DNA of 64,000 nt from Daphnia carinata (Eukaryota). Positions 1-14,496 of this stretch are shown here, in pieces. Every line of letters starts with the position of its first letter. Position 1 is the stretch's first letter. The notes beneath the pieces were generated by a model, which saw nothing but the letters and a program-made list of their open reading frames with translations, did no database searches and had not been told where the DNA came from. Location of the stretch: NCBI RefSeq assembly GCF_022539665.2, contig NC_081333.1:11470001-11534000 (forward strand), in the 5' to 3' direction. A program made the position numbers and the translations under genes.

Positions 1-1
1 C

Positions 2-94
2 AAGACGACTAGAAAGCAGTCAACGACACCATCGGCAACAGCGAAGAAACTGAAAGTTGAAGAACGTTTGATTGACGTATCGGATTCTGATTAA
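2..94 (+). CDS. Possible 3' end of a gene that starts left of the window (..KTTRKQSTTPSATAKKLKVEERLIDVSDSD*)
   Basis: Frame is open from the window edge to TAA at 92-94 with protein-like composition; too short to identify. Confidence 0.3.
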   Translation, partial: KTTRKQSTTPSATAKKLKVEERLIDVSDSD

Positions 95-3000
95 GTTTCC
101 GAATTGTGCAATACAAATATAACAGCTGCTTCTCTGTCGTTTTCCGTAGAACATGCCCTAACATTTTTTATGATATTTGATTACCTCTCCTAACATTTTG
201 CCTTGGTCAGTTTGCTCGATTCCTAGTCGACTTCCCTAACGTTACCTAAAACCATTTCACGGTCGTTGATCGGAGTAGTAAAATATTTAAGACGAAAATC
301 TACTTCAGCTTTCATGTGATGATTTACGTTTAAACGCGGTGGTTCCCAATTTTGCCCGAATTTCCTGGAAACCGGAGCGGCACTTTAGTCGCTGTCTTGC
401 AAATGCAATCTCCGGAAAGTTGAATGCATTTCTCTGCGAATGTCTTTCATCGTGTTTCGTTACATTTGGCACCCGTCGCACTAACCATTCTTCGTTACAC
501 ATCGTCTTCTAGAACGTACCCGAAGAGATTAGTTTATTTCAACTGAAACTGCATTTTAAAAAGAAATAATCGTTGTTCAAAAATTCCTACAGAGCGGGAA
601 CGCCATATTCTGGTGAATCAGATAAAGTTCAACAAAACGTGCCATACGGGATTTTTTCGGCATATTTGTTACGATACCAACAAGTACGACTTTTGCACTT
701 GTATGTTTCTCAGAACGTAGTCTACTTAAAGCCTTTCGATTTTTGTAATGCCGTATGTTTCTTTTGGACCTGTAAGGCTTTCAGCATTGCAACTCAGAAT
801 GATATTTCAGGACTTGAGTCATACGTTGTCTTTGACAACATAACATTTACGAATTTCATGAACTATAGTTACGTCGTCAACGATTTTTCTAGCTAGTTAA
901 ACAAGCTACGAATTACAGTCAGCAAAATTCGAGACTGTTTAATCTTTATATCCTTCCTTCGAATTTTTGGCAGCCAATTTATGTGGATGCGTTATACACT
1001 AAAGACTAGAGAGATTAATGGGGTATGGAGTTCATATTAGAATACGAAATGAAGGAAAATAAGAATAGAAAAATGTAAATCATGTAACCAATAGCTTCCG
1101 CAGAATTGCTTCTCTCCAAAATTGACTTCTAAATTGGCTATACACACGACTAATTATTTCGGACAACATAAAAGGCAAAAAAATAGGGAAAGTAGATAGG
1201 AGAGTCTCGTACGAAATAACTGTGAGCCAGGTTTTAGAATAGAATTCGGTTTCCGGTCAACCAGCCGGAGAGTACGCAAACGATGAACAACATATGACTA
1301 TAACATCACGACTGCTGTGTTCAATGAAAAGCGATTGCATCACAAGGGTAGAATCTGTAGCCATCAGTTAATTTAAAGTCGACAGTATGTACGTAACTAT
1401 CAAGGTAATGGTATTTTGAACTAAACTTGCATTGTCAATGTTTAATCGTGATCGATTATGGGCGAAGAAAAATGAAGGAGCCTGTCTAACACTAGTTGTA
1501 TTATATTCAAACAAATGAAATTAATGGATATTTTGATCATTAACCGACTTTCTCTAACGTTTTTTTTCCTATTTTTACCTGTCTAATAGTCTTTCCCGTG
1601 TTTAAAAATAACTTTGAAACGCCCCTTTTCTTTGGTACGTTCAGGTCGTGAATTTCTATGGTTAATAAGGCATTTCATCAGGTGATTGCACTGTATCGAT
1701 TAAACAAGTTAAATCAACTTCAATTCCACTGCTTTGTTCGTTTTATTAACTGACGTTTGGCAGATTTCAGAAAAAAACATCAACTTCTTCATTCATTTTT
1801 AAGTTTAAAACGATCCTCGGCATAAATCGATACAACAACACTGAAAACGCCAATATTATATAAACTTCCTTTGTTAGCTTTATTGCCTCGCTAATCCACT
1901 AATGCACAAGACGTTTCAGAACTCCAACTTTCAATCCGCACCAACTTCAGCGCTCCTAACCAACGCTGTTACCGTAAAATATCGATCGGCCTTTCTGCGA
2001 CGTTTTATTGGATTTCGCCAATAGGGCTTTTCAAAAATTGTTCCCTCTATTGGAGAACTCGCCACTTGGTTATGATAAGCATTTATTCCTTTGACGATGA
2101 TAACAATTGTTTTAAAGAAGATCCGTAACGCAGATGAGCTGACGAAAGCATTTCATTCTCTTTGTGTAATGGATTCCGTCATTGTTCTAAACGAGACGAT
2201 AACATTACGTTCGCATAAACTCTTCGTCTAGTCACTTCTCAGATATTGAAGAGGAAATTTCCAGATAACAATCCACTCGAGTGTTCCGGTGGAAATTGAG
2301 CGGAAGAACACAGAAAGGAAAACTTGATTCGATAAAAGAAAAAAAAAAGCGACGTATTGACATAAACTTACCCACGCTTTATTGAGGGTTTCCCGTCTAT
2401 GGGGGAGAGCCAAAAAAAATTTTGCTCTTGAAAAAACTTTGGCGATTGGAGGGAAAGAAAATCCTAACGGTTGTCTAAAAAAATAAACCGATCGCTATCC
2501 CTTTTTACGGATCGTTCAATCTCCTGTTATCTTCTTTTCTGTTGCACGAGACATCTTTGTGTATCATGCAAATAAACTCCCACATCGAGTGTGATACTCA
2601 TCCGTAATCTTAACGGGAAAACACGTATATGCTTGCATAGCAATCGTTTGAGAAAAAAAGAGGAAATGTGTCTAGCACAAGAGGAAGTCTCTTTTCTTTT
2701 AACCAATTATGCTCAACCCGCTTTAAAATTTTCTTTAATGTTCGAATTGAAAAAAAAAAGTGCGCACATGCACGCGTATTCTTGTAGACGACGGTACACG
2801 AAACATTTATTAAAGTGCATGTTTGGATAACGAATAGACATAGTACCTGTGATAAAATGAAAAACAAGTTCTAGCCATTAAGGCTTTTTACGGAAAAAAA
2901 CAAACATTGTTTAAAGGAAAACAAAAAACTTGAAGAAGAAGTCCAGGCTGTTTTGCATCAGACAAAAAGGTTGTGGTGGTATACATCTTATAGCTGGTTA

Positions 3001-6000
3001 ACGTAAACTGAGCATAAGAATTGACTAGGAACAATTTCTGACGACACGCTTAAGGAAAACATTCAAGAAAGAAAACTAATGAATCATCAAACTTTTCTTT
3101 CGTTGTCGTTCTCTGTTTTTCTGGTGTAGTTTATTCGTTGATTGTGACTATGGCTAAGTGAATAGAACTCTGTTTAGTTTTCTTTAATTGGCTACGTAGA
3201 AATGGCGAAATTTGATGGCAAATGACAAGCGAACGTTAGAAACCTCATGAATGTTATCGGATATCAGATGGAGGAAGATCTTTCATGTAAAATCTAAAAG
3301 AAAAAAAACTAAAACTTGTCTCCCTGAAACAAAATCAAAGCTCTTCATACAAGACAGACTTTAGCTCAATCTTTGTCCAAACTTTCACAATGGCCAATTT
3401 ATAGGCTTTATCATTTTTCGGAATGTTATTCTTCTCTTTTGATACATACATGTTCTACGAAATCCCATTATACTGTGTTTTTTTTTCTTTCTAGTTGCCC
3501 TAGCAAAGAAGCCCTTAGCTATTGAGTAAAAAAATTCCAAAATAGCTGAATATTTGTCTTCCACCTTAATTGGATGTATACGTTATCTGTCTTACTATTT
3601 GTTATGCTCTTCCCTGTTCCAGGATGACCGTCAAAGAATAGCGTGGTTGCAAATAGATTGATATAAACAGTTCCGTGTATAAATGATTTGCGAAATAGAC
3701 TGGCGCTCTGTTTTGCTCGCGTCACGACAAAATAAAATAATAAGATAAATAAAAAAAATATACGAAACGGCCACCGCCCTATCGATTCTGTATACATGTT
3801 CTAATCTTCGCATATACAGGGTCTTAGATGAGCTATGGGTCTTCACGCAGCAATGTCGTGCAGGCCGCTTGAAGAGGAGACCTTTAAACCAGCCTTCCGA
3901 TCGATTTCTTTACACGTTCACATAGTAAATCTTGGAACAGTCTACTGATACCTTGTACATAGGTCTCTCCATGTCCTTTTGATATTTGACAACGTCACGA
4001 CTGGTTGCAGACGAGGTTAACCTATATTGATTGATCGTAGCGGTTGGTGTATGCAAACATGATTTGAACCTTTAGCTAACTGATTAAAAAATAGAGACAA
4101 TCAACGTTTTTAAGCAACCAACTTTGGTGAGTCAAGTATTAGACAGACCCTTTTCATTTCAGCTCTTCGAGTTTTTTTTTTCTTTAAAGTGACATAAAAG
4201 CATATGCAGCCATAAGCTTTGAGGGTTTATACAACGGGCTGCTGTCATCCTACACGCTGTAATGAGGTTTTAAAGTAAACTTTGGTCGAGAAGCGTTTGG
4301 TTTGCAGCTTTATTATAGAATATAGCTTTTCTTCCAGGGTTTCATATACAACGTACATGTAGTTTCATATCGATAATGATTGAAACCATCGCCCAAGGGG
4401 ACGAGGATTATAAACGTCTAACAGGGCTTCCAGTTGCGGCATCACGCACTCCATGAAATGCGGATACTATAAATGCACATACGAGCTGAGAAGATAATAC
4501 ACTTCAAACGTCAAGCCATTGACTGTTCCATGAAGTATTGGTGTATATATAACATCTTGGTAACACGTATATTGCTTTGTGTTTTATGATAAGAACTATT
4601 GGCTGAAGGAACTTACGACGAGTTAAATTTCTATTTGTGACTAACTTAACTTCATTAGCCATTTCTAGTGGCAGAATTCCAAATGCGTCATAAATTGCAA
4701 ATAGTTTGGTATTTAACGATGAAATGCAAGGAAACGAGAATTTTTTTGAACCTCATGACCCCCATTTTGGTCCTTTCACGGTAATAGATAAATGTGCATT
4801 CAGCCACAATTGAACGTAAACATTTTACGTAAACCCGATGGGTAAACAATTTATATCGGTATTTGTATAACCCTTTGAATTGAATTGTACATTAAACCTC
4901 CCTTTGTACCTAGAAAACCCTTGGGCATAAAAGAGGGGGTTTATAATACAACCGATTATATGTGTATAACATGAAGAATTAGTGTGGCGTCGTTCTTGTT
5001 TGTCCATTTTTTATTTAAAAGAAAATATCCCACAAGCTAGAACTTATTATAACTATTGAAGGTTTTTATTCCTAGATGTATGATTGTGTAATCATATAGC
5101 CGATGATTCAAATCGACTCAAGTCAAAGAACTTATCAAGGATTTCTTCGAAACGAGCTATTTTACGTGTTTCGTCTTACCCCAGAACTTTTTTAAACTCT
5201 ACCTCTCGGCACAATTGTATAAGCATGTTTTTTTTTTAATGAAAAAAAAAGCACTAAACTCCTAAGCAATTATAAAAAAAAATAAATAAATAAAAAAACA
5301 AATACGGATAAAAAAATATACGATGTACCGAAACGGCTAGTGCGTCAAAGAAATGTTTCTCGTTTTGGTGATTTTGAGACACGACGTTCGGTCACCAGAC
5401 GCTATCGAACACAAATTGTGTACAGTTTGTAGTCTTGTTTAACAACTTTCTGAGACACAAACTTACAGATATAAAAGAAACAAAAGTACAAAAGAATCGA
5501 TTGTAGAAAACCTACAAATAAAATCTTTAAAAGGTTAAGGCTTAAATTTCAAGTGAAATAGATCGGTAACGGTCGATGTATCTCCATCATACCATAAGCA
5601 CAGTCTGCTTCACATAAAGAATCATGAAAACAAGATAGGATACGGGATTGTGGAAAGTCATCACTGGACAAAAGACGGCCGAAAAAAAAAATTCATTGTT
5701 CCGCATGAAATTCAATCATTTCACTTCCCAGCGTCTTCCACGACAACAACCAGATATAGGCGATCGCTCTTCTTCACATTCGTATACGTAATTCTGCTTG
5801 TTTTGCATTCAATTTTTCGCCCTAAATAAAATAAAAAGAAAAACAGCAATAAAATATTTTTGCTTTTCAATTTTTTATCTACACATATAAAGATTTTATG
5901 GATCGACAGTGCACAGTGGTATATACATGGGCAATATCATAATGCTGTAGTTCGCATTATTATTATTAGCTGGCGGGCTATTATCCGCACGCGTAGTCAC

Positions 6001-7055
6001 GTTAGACATTAATCATCACGAATGTCTGTGTCACTGCCTTACGTGCGAGTGAATCGACCCATACCACAAAACAACTGAAGAAAGACTAATAGAGGGTAAC
6101 TGAGTATGCGGCTATTATTATTCACAGCCAGCCAACTAAAGATGTAAAAAAGTGTCGAACATTTCCTACTAGGAGGACATATTCAATGCAACTCAAGTAG
6201 ATGTTTGCGAACACTTTTATTTTGATTAATTCAAAAGGAAATATCATCTGAAAGCCCTTTACAGTTAACGTGCGTTGACACAGGACTGATTAATTTATCT
6301 TAAAAGGGCAACATTGATATTGAATAGATAGCGAACAGCACATAGTTTTGATCCGATTTTCTTTCAAGGCAGTCAAAGTTACAGCAACTCGCCGATGATG
6401 ATAATACCGTTGGACTTCCTGGAAGCTACACGTAAGATGCACACGTATATAACAATGAAGACAACCAATCAGAAAAAAAAGAAGTGATGACATAATTAAA
6501 TGATAATCCCATCACGACTTTCTGAAAGGACTTTGTGATGGCATATTGGGCTCTCGTCATTCAATCTTGTAACTGAATTATTTTCAACGAAGATTCATGT
6601 GAGGAGTCAAGGTAACAAGCGCGTCACTCTGTTAGTTTTTAAATTTTGCTGCGTATCGCTATGAGTCCCACTGACGCTGAAACGGATAACCGAAACGAGA
6701 TTTAAATTTTTAAATGAAGTTGATCTATAAAACCTGACTAGGAAACCCATAGAATGATTTCCACCCCCTCCCGATTTTCATGCCTTTGCCTTCCAAGTAA
6801 TGTACTGTACATGGTTTCCTTGTGCGTCACGTAATCACATTATTCCGGATTTATTTCCATATCATCGGATGAACAACAACTATCTGAACGCTCACCAATT
6901 GCACTACTATTTCAAAGACTGCGCTTCATGCTTCTTCTATGCTTCAATTTTTCAATATAAACAAGCTAGCGTTGGCCGTAACGGAGAAGGCGGAGATTTG
7001 AAAGTCGGTCCACTAGCCCCAATGTTTGGAATGTAGCTAGGGAACGTATTGATAA

Positions 7056-7128
7056 GCTTCCGTAGTGTAGTGGTTATCACGTCGGCTTTACACGCTGAAG
7101 GTCCTCAGTTCGATCCTGGGCGGAAGCA
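7056..7128 (+). tRNA. tRNA-Val (anticodon TAC)
   Basis: 73-nt cloverleaf: acceptor GCTTCCG/CGGAAGC plus discriminator A, D-arm with TAGTGG A-box, anticodon arm TCGGC-TTTACAC-GCTGA, T-arm CTCAG-TTCGATC-CTGGG. Confidence 0.97.
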
Positions 7129-7133
7129 AATTC

Positions 7134-7139
7134 TTTTTT
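7134..7139 (+). terminator. RNA polymerase III terminator (T6) for tRNA-Val
   Basis: TTTTTT run 6 nt after the tRNA 3' end. Confidence 0.8.
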
Positions 7140-10100
7140 CCACAAAATTTTTATTATAATAATTTTCCATATGAATGGATAGCTAAGGTTTGGCAAATTC
7201 GATTCAACAGACGTTCAGCGTAGTTCAACTACGGCTATATTTCAATAGTAATATGATCAGCAAAATGGAGTTTTATATCGAAGGGGTGACGGCTGTTCGA
7301 CATCTGTATTAGTCATTTTTTTCCAGTTACGAGTCTTTTCGTCATAAAATAAAAAGAAAGGCATTCATATACACTCACCGTTGACATATACAACATACAT
7401 CCCGGGTGTTTATTAGATCCGCCTGCAATCGTTGTTCTCCACTATGTCATTTGATTGATCTTTCCTTTTTTTGCGTTTTTATATCTAACCGCTCCTATAT
7501 AACACGTTGCTGGTGTGTTTTTTTCTATTCGTACAGGCGTGGTTCCCTACGATTAGATACGTATAGCCGTCACCTAAATAATGTGGTGTCTATTACTTAT
7601 GCATTATTCACACTCGCATGGCGTCCAAATTTTACTGCATACATAACACTTGTTCGATAATATGAGTGAAATAAAGTATGCCCCCTCGTTTGACAATTCC
7701 CTCAACTTCTACGAGCTCAAGGCTATGGAGATAAAATGTGTAATATTTTTTTTTTCTAGGGTTGGATTGAAATTCAGGATTGAAATTCAGCCGTTTCACT
7801 TGCATCTGGCCGTGATGTAGTACGGCAGCATAACAGGCCAGAAAGATATAATCTATACGCTCAGAACATCCTGTGGGTTCTGACGTATCGTAAACTTTTG
7901 GTTTGCTATCTAACCAACGTCCGCGGGGAGACGCGATGGCAGTTAACACCGGTCTGATCGATGGTTGTGATGTGCTACAAACTTAAGTCAATAGAACGGA
8001 GTATACTACACGCACCATCAGCATTCAATAATAATACACTCATATCCGTGTTGTGGCATCTGTAAGTATTCCGTGAATATTTAATAATGACATGGAACAG
8101 CGCATTATTAACTAGCACAAAGTGGCTTGTGCGTTTCAAAGGTCATATGTTGAGGTGGATCGTATGCAGTCGATAAAGTTGGATCAAATTATTCATGGGC
8201 GGTCGCGGGAAAAGAGTTGACGAAATCCTTTTTCGCAGTCGGAAATCTGATCGTTTTATTGTCTGCCAACTGTCGTATTATGTTTAAATCTTTTCACAGA
8301 CGCTGACCAGTCGGCTATTGTTTTTCTAGATTTTTCTTTTCAGACAGGACACCATCCGTCAAGGTGTTTTGAATATGCAAGCGTGAGACCGAACATCTTG
8401 CGGCGCGTGTGATGACGCACTTTGAGTGTCATCACTTGTCCGACTTCTCTTATTTATTTATATTCTTCTTTTAAATGATATCGCGTCTGTTGATTGAAAG
8501 TTTGTGCGAAATCTGTCGATGGCCGTGAAAAAAAAAAAAAATCAATAAATTATCGTATTTGTACAACGAGGTTAATCGGATTAGCTTTTCTTTATGTGGA
8601 TGTAGGAAGAAAAGAATAACGGATGATTGACAAAACAGAATGAGTGTCTCTATTTTGGGGCAATTCTTTTTACTTGGGGTGTTTATACTTTTGTTTCCTT
8701 TTAAGAATATACTATACGACTATTGATTTCTTGACGTTTTCTCAAGTTACTGGAATTTCGAATGTGTTTGTTTGTCTCTAACGCGATATGGCTCTGTTCA
8801 GGATGTCTGGCTGCTTACGTAAAAGCCGACGCAATGTCGTATGAAAGATGACAGCGATCACAAAAATTCCAGACGTCATTTATGGCGAATTACACGCGCA
8901 GATCTGCGTGACAATCCGATCGCCTTAATTATGTTTTTCCTCCAAAATCCTCTCGCTTTATATGTGTATTCATTTTTCTGTTCAGTACCTTCAACATTTT
9001 TTACTTGTAAAAAAAAAGTTTGTTGAAATTCCATGTGATCCTTACATGCAAATAAGCTGAGAATGTTCTGTTGAAAGATCTTCATACACGGTAGGCTGAA
9101 ATTGGATCCTTAAATTTCTCAAGTTGGTGTCCTTAACTCACACACACATTCGTCGGTGATACTGTCTTTAGGCATTAAAAAGATTTATAGTTTGTGTTGA
9201 GTTAAGATCATTCGTGTTTATATCACAGCCATACATTTTCAACAAATAGCATAACATGCATAAGCGACATAAGATGTTGATCTTCTATCATACCAGCGCT
9301 TGATTACTCGACAAAAGCATCAGAGTAGATTAGTGCTTTATCTACTTATTGTACATAAAACTGACCCTTTAACTTAATTTAGATTTAATTAATTATTCGG
9401 AATATGTCGGGAGATTAAAATGTTCTAACTTATTAACAACTATGGCAGCGTATAGAAATTTAACGACTATGGGTGCAACAATTTTTGGATGAGTGTATCG
9501 TATAAGTAACCTAAAGCTTTAGTGAATTGCGTGATATTCAAATTTTATGGACGATATTTTGTCTTGCCAAACACGCAACGTGATGATGTAAGACATTGCG
9601 TTTCGTTTCGCACTGTTAATTTATATGCGCAATAACTCGACAACTGTGACCCATCGATCAGCCATACCGCTTCGTCTGTGCTCCGTAATCATGTTGTGTT
9701 ATTACATCGGTAATTCACAGACTGAAAGGTCCATAGAATTATGAGTTCCTGCTTAGCATTGGACATTAAAATATCGATTGGCAACGCAGGACAGTTTAAT
9801 TACCTTTTTTTTTGCAAGCAAAACGAAAGTGCTTTGTTTTTTGAGGGGTCAACACGTCGATTTAACGTACACTAAATTTAGAGATACACATTGATGTCCT
9901 TTGTCTGCATTGCTTGATTAAACCGTTCTAAAACAAATAAAAAATGTCATTTGTTGATGTTTTACAAACTCAGCCCTGATTGAATTTCATAATGCGAAAC
10001 ACAAGTTGATGCGCGTGACGACGTTCATGCGCAACAGCAAATGAATAGAGGATTAAATACAACCAGCATTTCGGAATTGCGTGTAGGGTAAGAAACTAAG

Positions 10101-10580
10101 CCGACGAAGGGGAGTCGGCGCATCTACGCAATGTGTTTAAACTTTGCTTCTTTTTTTTCAGGACTGACGTGGGACCGGAGCGTGTCTGTCCGTTTCACGG
10201 GAGTCCAACCGCGTCGGTCGGTTGCGCATTGGCATCAGTCGTTGTCCGGCAGTCGGTAAGAGCTGCCGTATTACATTCTTTCGGTTGTTATTTTCTTTCA
10301 TCTGCGTTTGTTGTTCAAAGTTCAGAGTGTGCTGGACATTTATTTCGTTCCATAATACAACACTCCCGAAATCCCCGCTCTTTTTTCATATCTCTGTAAC
10401 GGATTTATCCGATTTCTGTCCATCCCATTGGCGTGATTGCCTCTAGTCGTGCCTCAATCCATCGTGTGCGGTGAGTAATTACTGGACGAGACAAAGAAAA
10501 AAAAAACTGGGAATTTATATTATCCTGGACGTTGACTAAGTACCGCGAGCGACACATTGTTTCTCATCTTCATCCAACAG

Positions 10581-10592
10581 GCGATGGAAAAA
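10581..10592 (+). other. Candidate 12-nt micro-exon of the dopamine receptor carrying ATG GAA AAA (MEK)
   Basis: catccaacAG|GCGATGGAAAAA|GTAAGC; phase-0 donor fits the phase-0 acceptor at 14497; preceded by a candidate UTR exon 10162-10470 (ttttttttcAG ... |GTGAGT). Confidence 0.45.
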
Positions 10593-12617
10593 GTAAGCTG
10601 GCCCTTTCCGCCCCCTTTAATATGAAAGTTATCCAAATATAAATGAAGGCATTTCTCTTTCCGGAACTAACGTTGAGACTAACGTTGTATAAAAAAATGA
10701 AGAGATTCAATCGTCAACTGCACAAGATACTTTGTGATCGTGCCGCGTGAATAGCCTTTTCTGGTGTCAATAAAATAAAAGAGAAAACGGAAACTAAGTT
10801 TGCTACGTAGTTCTTTTTTTTTACTCTTGAGACGTCGTAATAGATTTAGAAGCAGTGCTTGCCCAAGAGGGTTCGTTATTTCCTGATGGTGTAGATCCTT
10901 CAGTCAAGTTGTGTGACCGTTGAAGATCTTCATGAAGAAAATACATAAGGTGCAAACTGACAAAAAGACAAGATTTCCGAAATATTCGCTATAAAGCCAA
11001 AAAAGGGACGTCCAATCGTTACGACAAACGAACCCGAAAGTCCAGTCAATTTGCCGATGGCTTGACGTTGGTCAACGTATGAGACTACACGAAAATGATG
11101 GTGTTTACATTTAAAATGGCCATGGCTGATCGATCGTCGGATTTGACGTCCAGCGACGATGGCCATTAACGTGAAATTTTCTGCAACTTCCGTTAGTTGC
11201 TTACGCATCTATAAATGTCGTGGCTTTCTTTAACGCACAAGGACACGTGCGACTTAATACTGGCGTTTTAGTTTCAAAACTAGATCGACCTCGTTCGTTG
11301 CATTCACGTATTTTTGTAATGCCTAAAATACATGAAGCATAAACGTCCGTGTGTCACGATCCGCAGCGTCACCTGAAACCGGATCGTCTATTTTGGGCAA
11401 ATAGAAACATATTTTTTGAAAAAAATTGTGGAGGTATAGCGTAAAGTGAGGGATAAATGCGAGCTGTTCTGGTAGTTGGGGCTACCTTTACATAACACAT
11501 CCACATAATGTGTCCGCTACCGTGGCAACGGCATTGTTACGATTTGCAAAAATGAAAAAGAATCTATAAATAAAGAAGTTTTTATAATGTTTTGTCCCTC
11601 AAGAGTTTTATCATAAGCACGAGGTCACCTCTTTGACTTGTTGATCGAAAAGCTATAAATATTTTGTCGTGTCTGATCTCCCTAAAGTTCACGAGATGCG
11701 CTTCCAATGTGCACGTCCGCTCGGGTGGTCAGCGTATGTTAATGAAACTGGTGAAAAATCACGAGAGCATGCACGAGTAATAATTCTATACTGAAGCCAG
11801 GATTTCCAGTTGAAGAGATCCCTCGTCTCCGCTCCAATACCTTATAAGCAATTGACACGTACGAACTTGGGCTTTGGAACCATCAAAATGAGAAAGCGCC
11901 TTCGAAATCAATCATTTGGAAATCTATTGTGCCTAAATAATTTTTTTTTCCTTTCTACCAAAGGGAAATATTAATCGGTTAGCTATCATACAACAGGATG
12001 ATAACTTATCGGATCAGAGCCCATTACTTAAAAAAACCGCCGGAAACATTTTTCTTTTACCTCTTATGACTTGGAGGGTTTCAAATGCTGCCCGGCAATG
12101 GTTAATCATCTATAAAAAGAAAATAGATTTTTTTTTTAACCCTGGATACACATAGGACGGTAAAAGATAACAATTTACATCCAGGGAGTAAGGAAAGCCA
12201 AGTCTGGCACAGCCATAACGACGAAAGTGGCGGTTGCCCTTGCGGAATTGAATTAAGAGCGCAGCTGCTTGGGAAAAAAAAGTATGGAAAGAGTGAAGAG
12301 TCACGTCCGCTCAAGCGATGACAAAACTTTTATGTCTTCGCTTCTTTGCACAGACAGTATTTTGAGAGACAAATCGAAGCCTGTGTGTTCTTTCACGCCC
12401 CAATCGATAAAAAAAATGGCCGAAGCTGAAAAGGTGTTCCTCCTACACTTGACATTTCGTTGCTAATTTAGTTTTTTTTTAAGAAATAATATTAATAGTT
12501 TAATTCTTTGTTCATTTGATAGATGACAGCTGACGACGATTTACCTGGATTACGATTGGTTTGACGAGAAATCAAATCAACACTACTGAGAAGGGGAGTC
12601 AATCACGGCGAATAAAA

Positions 12618-12659
12618 ATGTCCCATCGGCCGTACTTTCTTTCATCCGTTGATCTACAA
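12618..12659 (+). CDS. Candidate first coding exon of the dopamine receptor (MSHRPYFLSSVDLQ)
   Basis: aaaATG context, 14 codons, then CAA|GTAAGA phase-0 donor that fits acceptor 14497; candidate acceptor at 12521-12522. Confidence 0.5.
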
Positions 12660-14496
12660 GTAAGATTTAATCCGTTCCGACAGTTTTTAAAAATAACACT
12701 GAACTTGTTTACGTGTTGTCGAACGAACTTTCTTTCACTTGAATAGCTTTCATGGCATTTTCGCCTACAACAATTTGAAAATGCATAAACTTATTTTCCT
12801 TGAAGTTTGAGGACGTTTTTGTTACTTTAACAGCAGACAATAACAGGCGTCCCTTATTCTTATGTCTTTTATTTATCCGAAACGCTGTGTAGAAAGTCGC
12901 TGTTTTTTTTAGACTTTCATTAAGAAAATGTTTGATCAACGACTTGTTCGTCTTATACTCCGCCCTTTTTGAACTCAGAGATTCGTATCATTTCCATGAC
13001 ATCCCTCCCCCGCACATAAACACAAAACCGACGATAAAGCAGAAAAATATAATGGAAAAAGATATGCCCTGTTTTTTTTTTATACTATGTGGTCGCTATA
13101 GGAAAATATAAGCTGCTTTATTATGGCTGAAGGCTATGTGGATATGTCGTCTAGTAATAAGAAACGGGAACAAATCACGGGCCCGCTGGCTCTGCGACTA
13201 ATGATTGCAAACGTTGGATGTTGACGGATGACTCGTTATAGTCGTCAAAGGAACGCCCATTGAGTTCATGGCCGTTGCCTTGCATTATCCATCCATCATC
13301 GCTAATAATGACGTTGTCAATCAAAACGACAATGGAAAAACTAGGTGGGGGATGACGAGAAAGTCAGTCATATATAATGGGGTGTTGGCGTGAAAACGAG
13401 TTGCACGTTTGTAAATATGTTTTTAACTAATTAGGTTTTCTTATTGGGTGGGACCTGGAAGGGACAATGTCATTCCTATTAAGCGAAATGCCATCTCAAG
13501 TGAGCAGTCAAATGGAATTGAGGGCTAGTGTTAACTTCTGCAAATGGTGTTTATTATTCCATTATGATTAAGTGGTGAGTATGGGGAAACAGAGAGAAGA
13601 AGAGAAAGTTTTCTTTTGATACAAAAGGAAAGTGCTAAAATTGCAGAATCCTCTCTGTCCTCAAAACTTAAATCTCTAGATCGTTTTTCATTGGAGATAT
13701 TATACGGAAGTTTAGCAGCGAACCGAAAAATGAAAACAAGTTTTCGTAGAGGCCGTGTACTTTTTGAATAGATGGGGTTTTAAAGGACGTGTATGCGTTT
13801 TCGAATTCAGCATACGACAAAAAATGGCTCATTTCTTGAAATTGTGTGCACGCATTTGATTTCACATCGTCTACGGTATTGTTCTCTTCCAGCTGTTTGT
13901 TTATTAACACTGCAGTACTGCATTTTCAATGAAAAGTTTTTGAGTAGGTTACTGAAAATAGCTCTGGTTGAAAGCACAGAGATAAATTCAACACTCATCG
14001 AAGTGTGACTCTTGATCGGGCTTTATGTAACTGATAATATTTTCAAATTCCGTTAAATCTGGATGCTTTTCAGCTGTATAGCAAGGACAGAGTTTGAAAC
14101 TTTGCGCTTATCTTTTAACTAGTACACTTTGAAATTTTACAGCATTACATTTAAAAACCTTCTTGTGGAAGTTTGCTAATTTCCATTACTCATTTGCAAA
14201 AATTGATTTACATTCTTATAAAGCAATTATTTTTGTCTGACTTGTTTTTTATACATAGAATCTCTGCTATAGCAAAGAGAGCTTCTTATATGAGTAGAAA
14301 TGCGTGTAACGAGTTACCTTGTATAACCCACGCCTTTGACCCATTCATTTATATCGATTAACCTTTTCTCTTTGGTGTCCATGTTCCTCAGATAAATCGT
14401 ATTTAAAGTTCTAGGAAGTTCTGTGTTTCCCCTCTTCGAAATCGCAGAATCCCCACAGTAACCCAGTTAAAATATTCATTTGTTAACTCGTTACAG

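Noticed and set aside
305..7036. Short ORFs in the first 7 kb, including a possible spliced fragment at 3850-4021 (minus)
   Set aside because: No recognisable motifs and no consistent exon chain; looks like intergenic or upstream regulatory DNA
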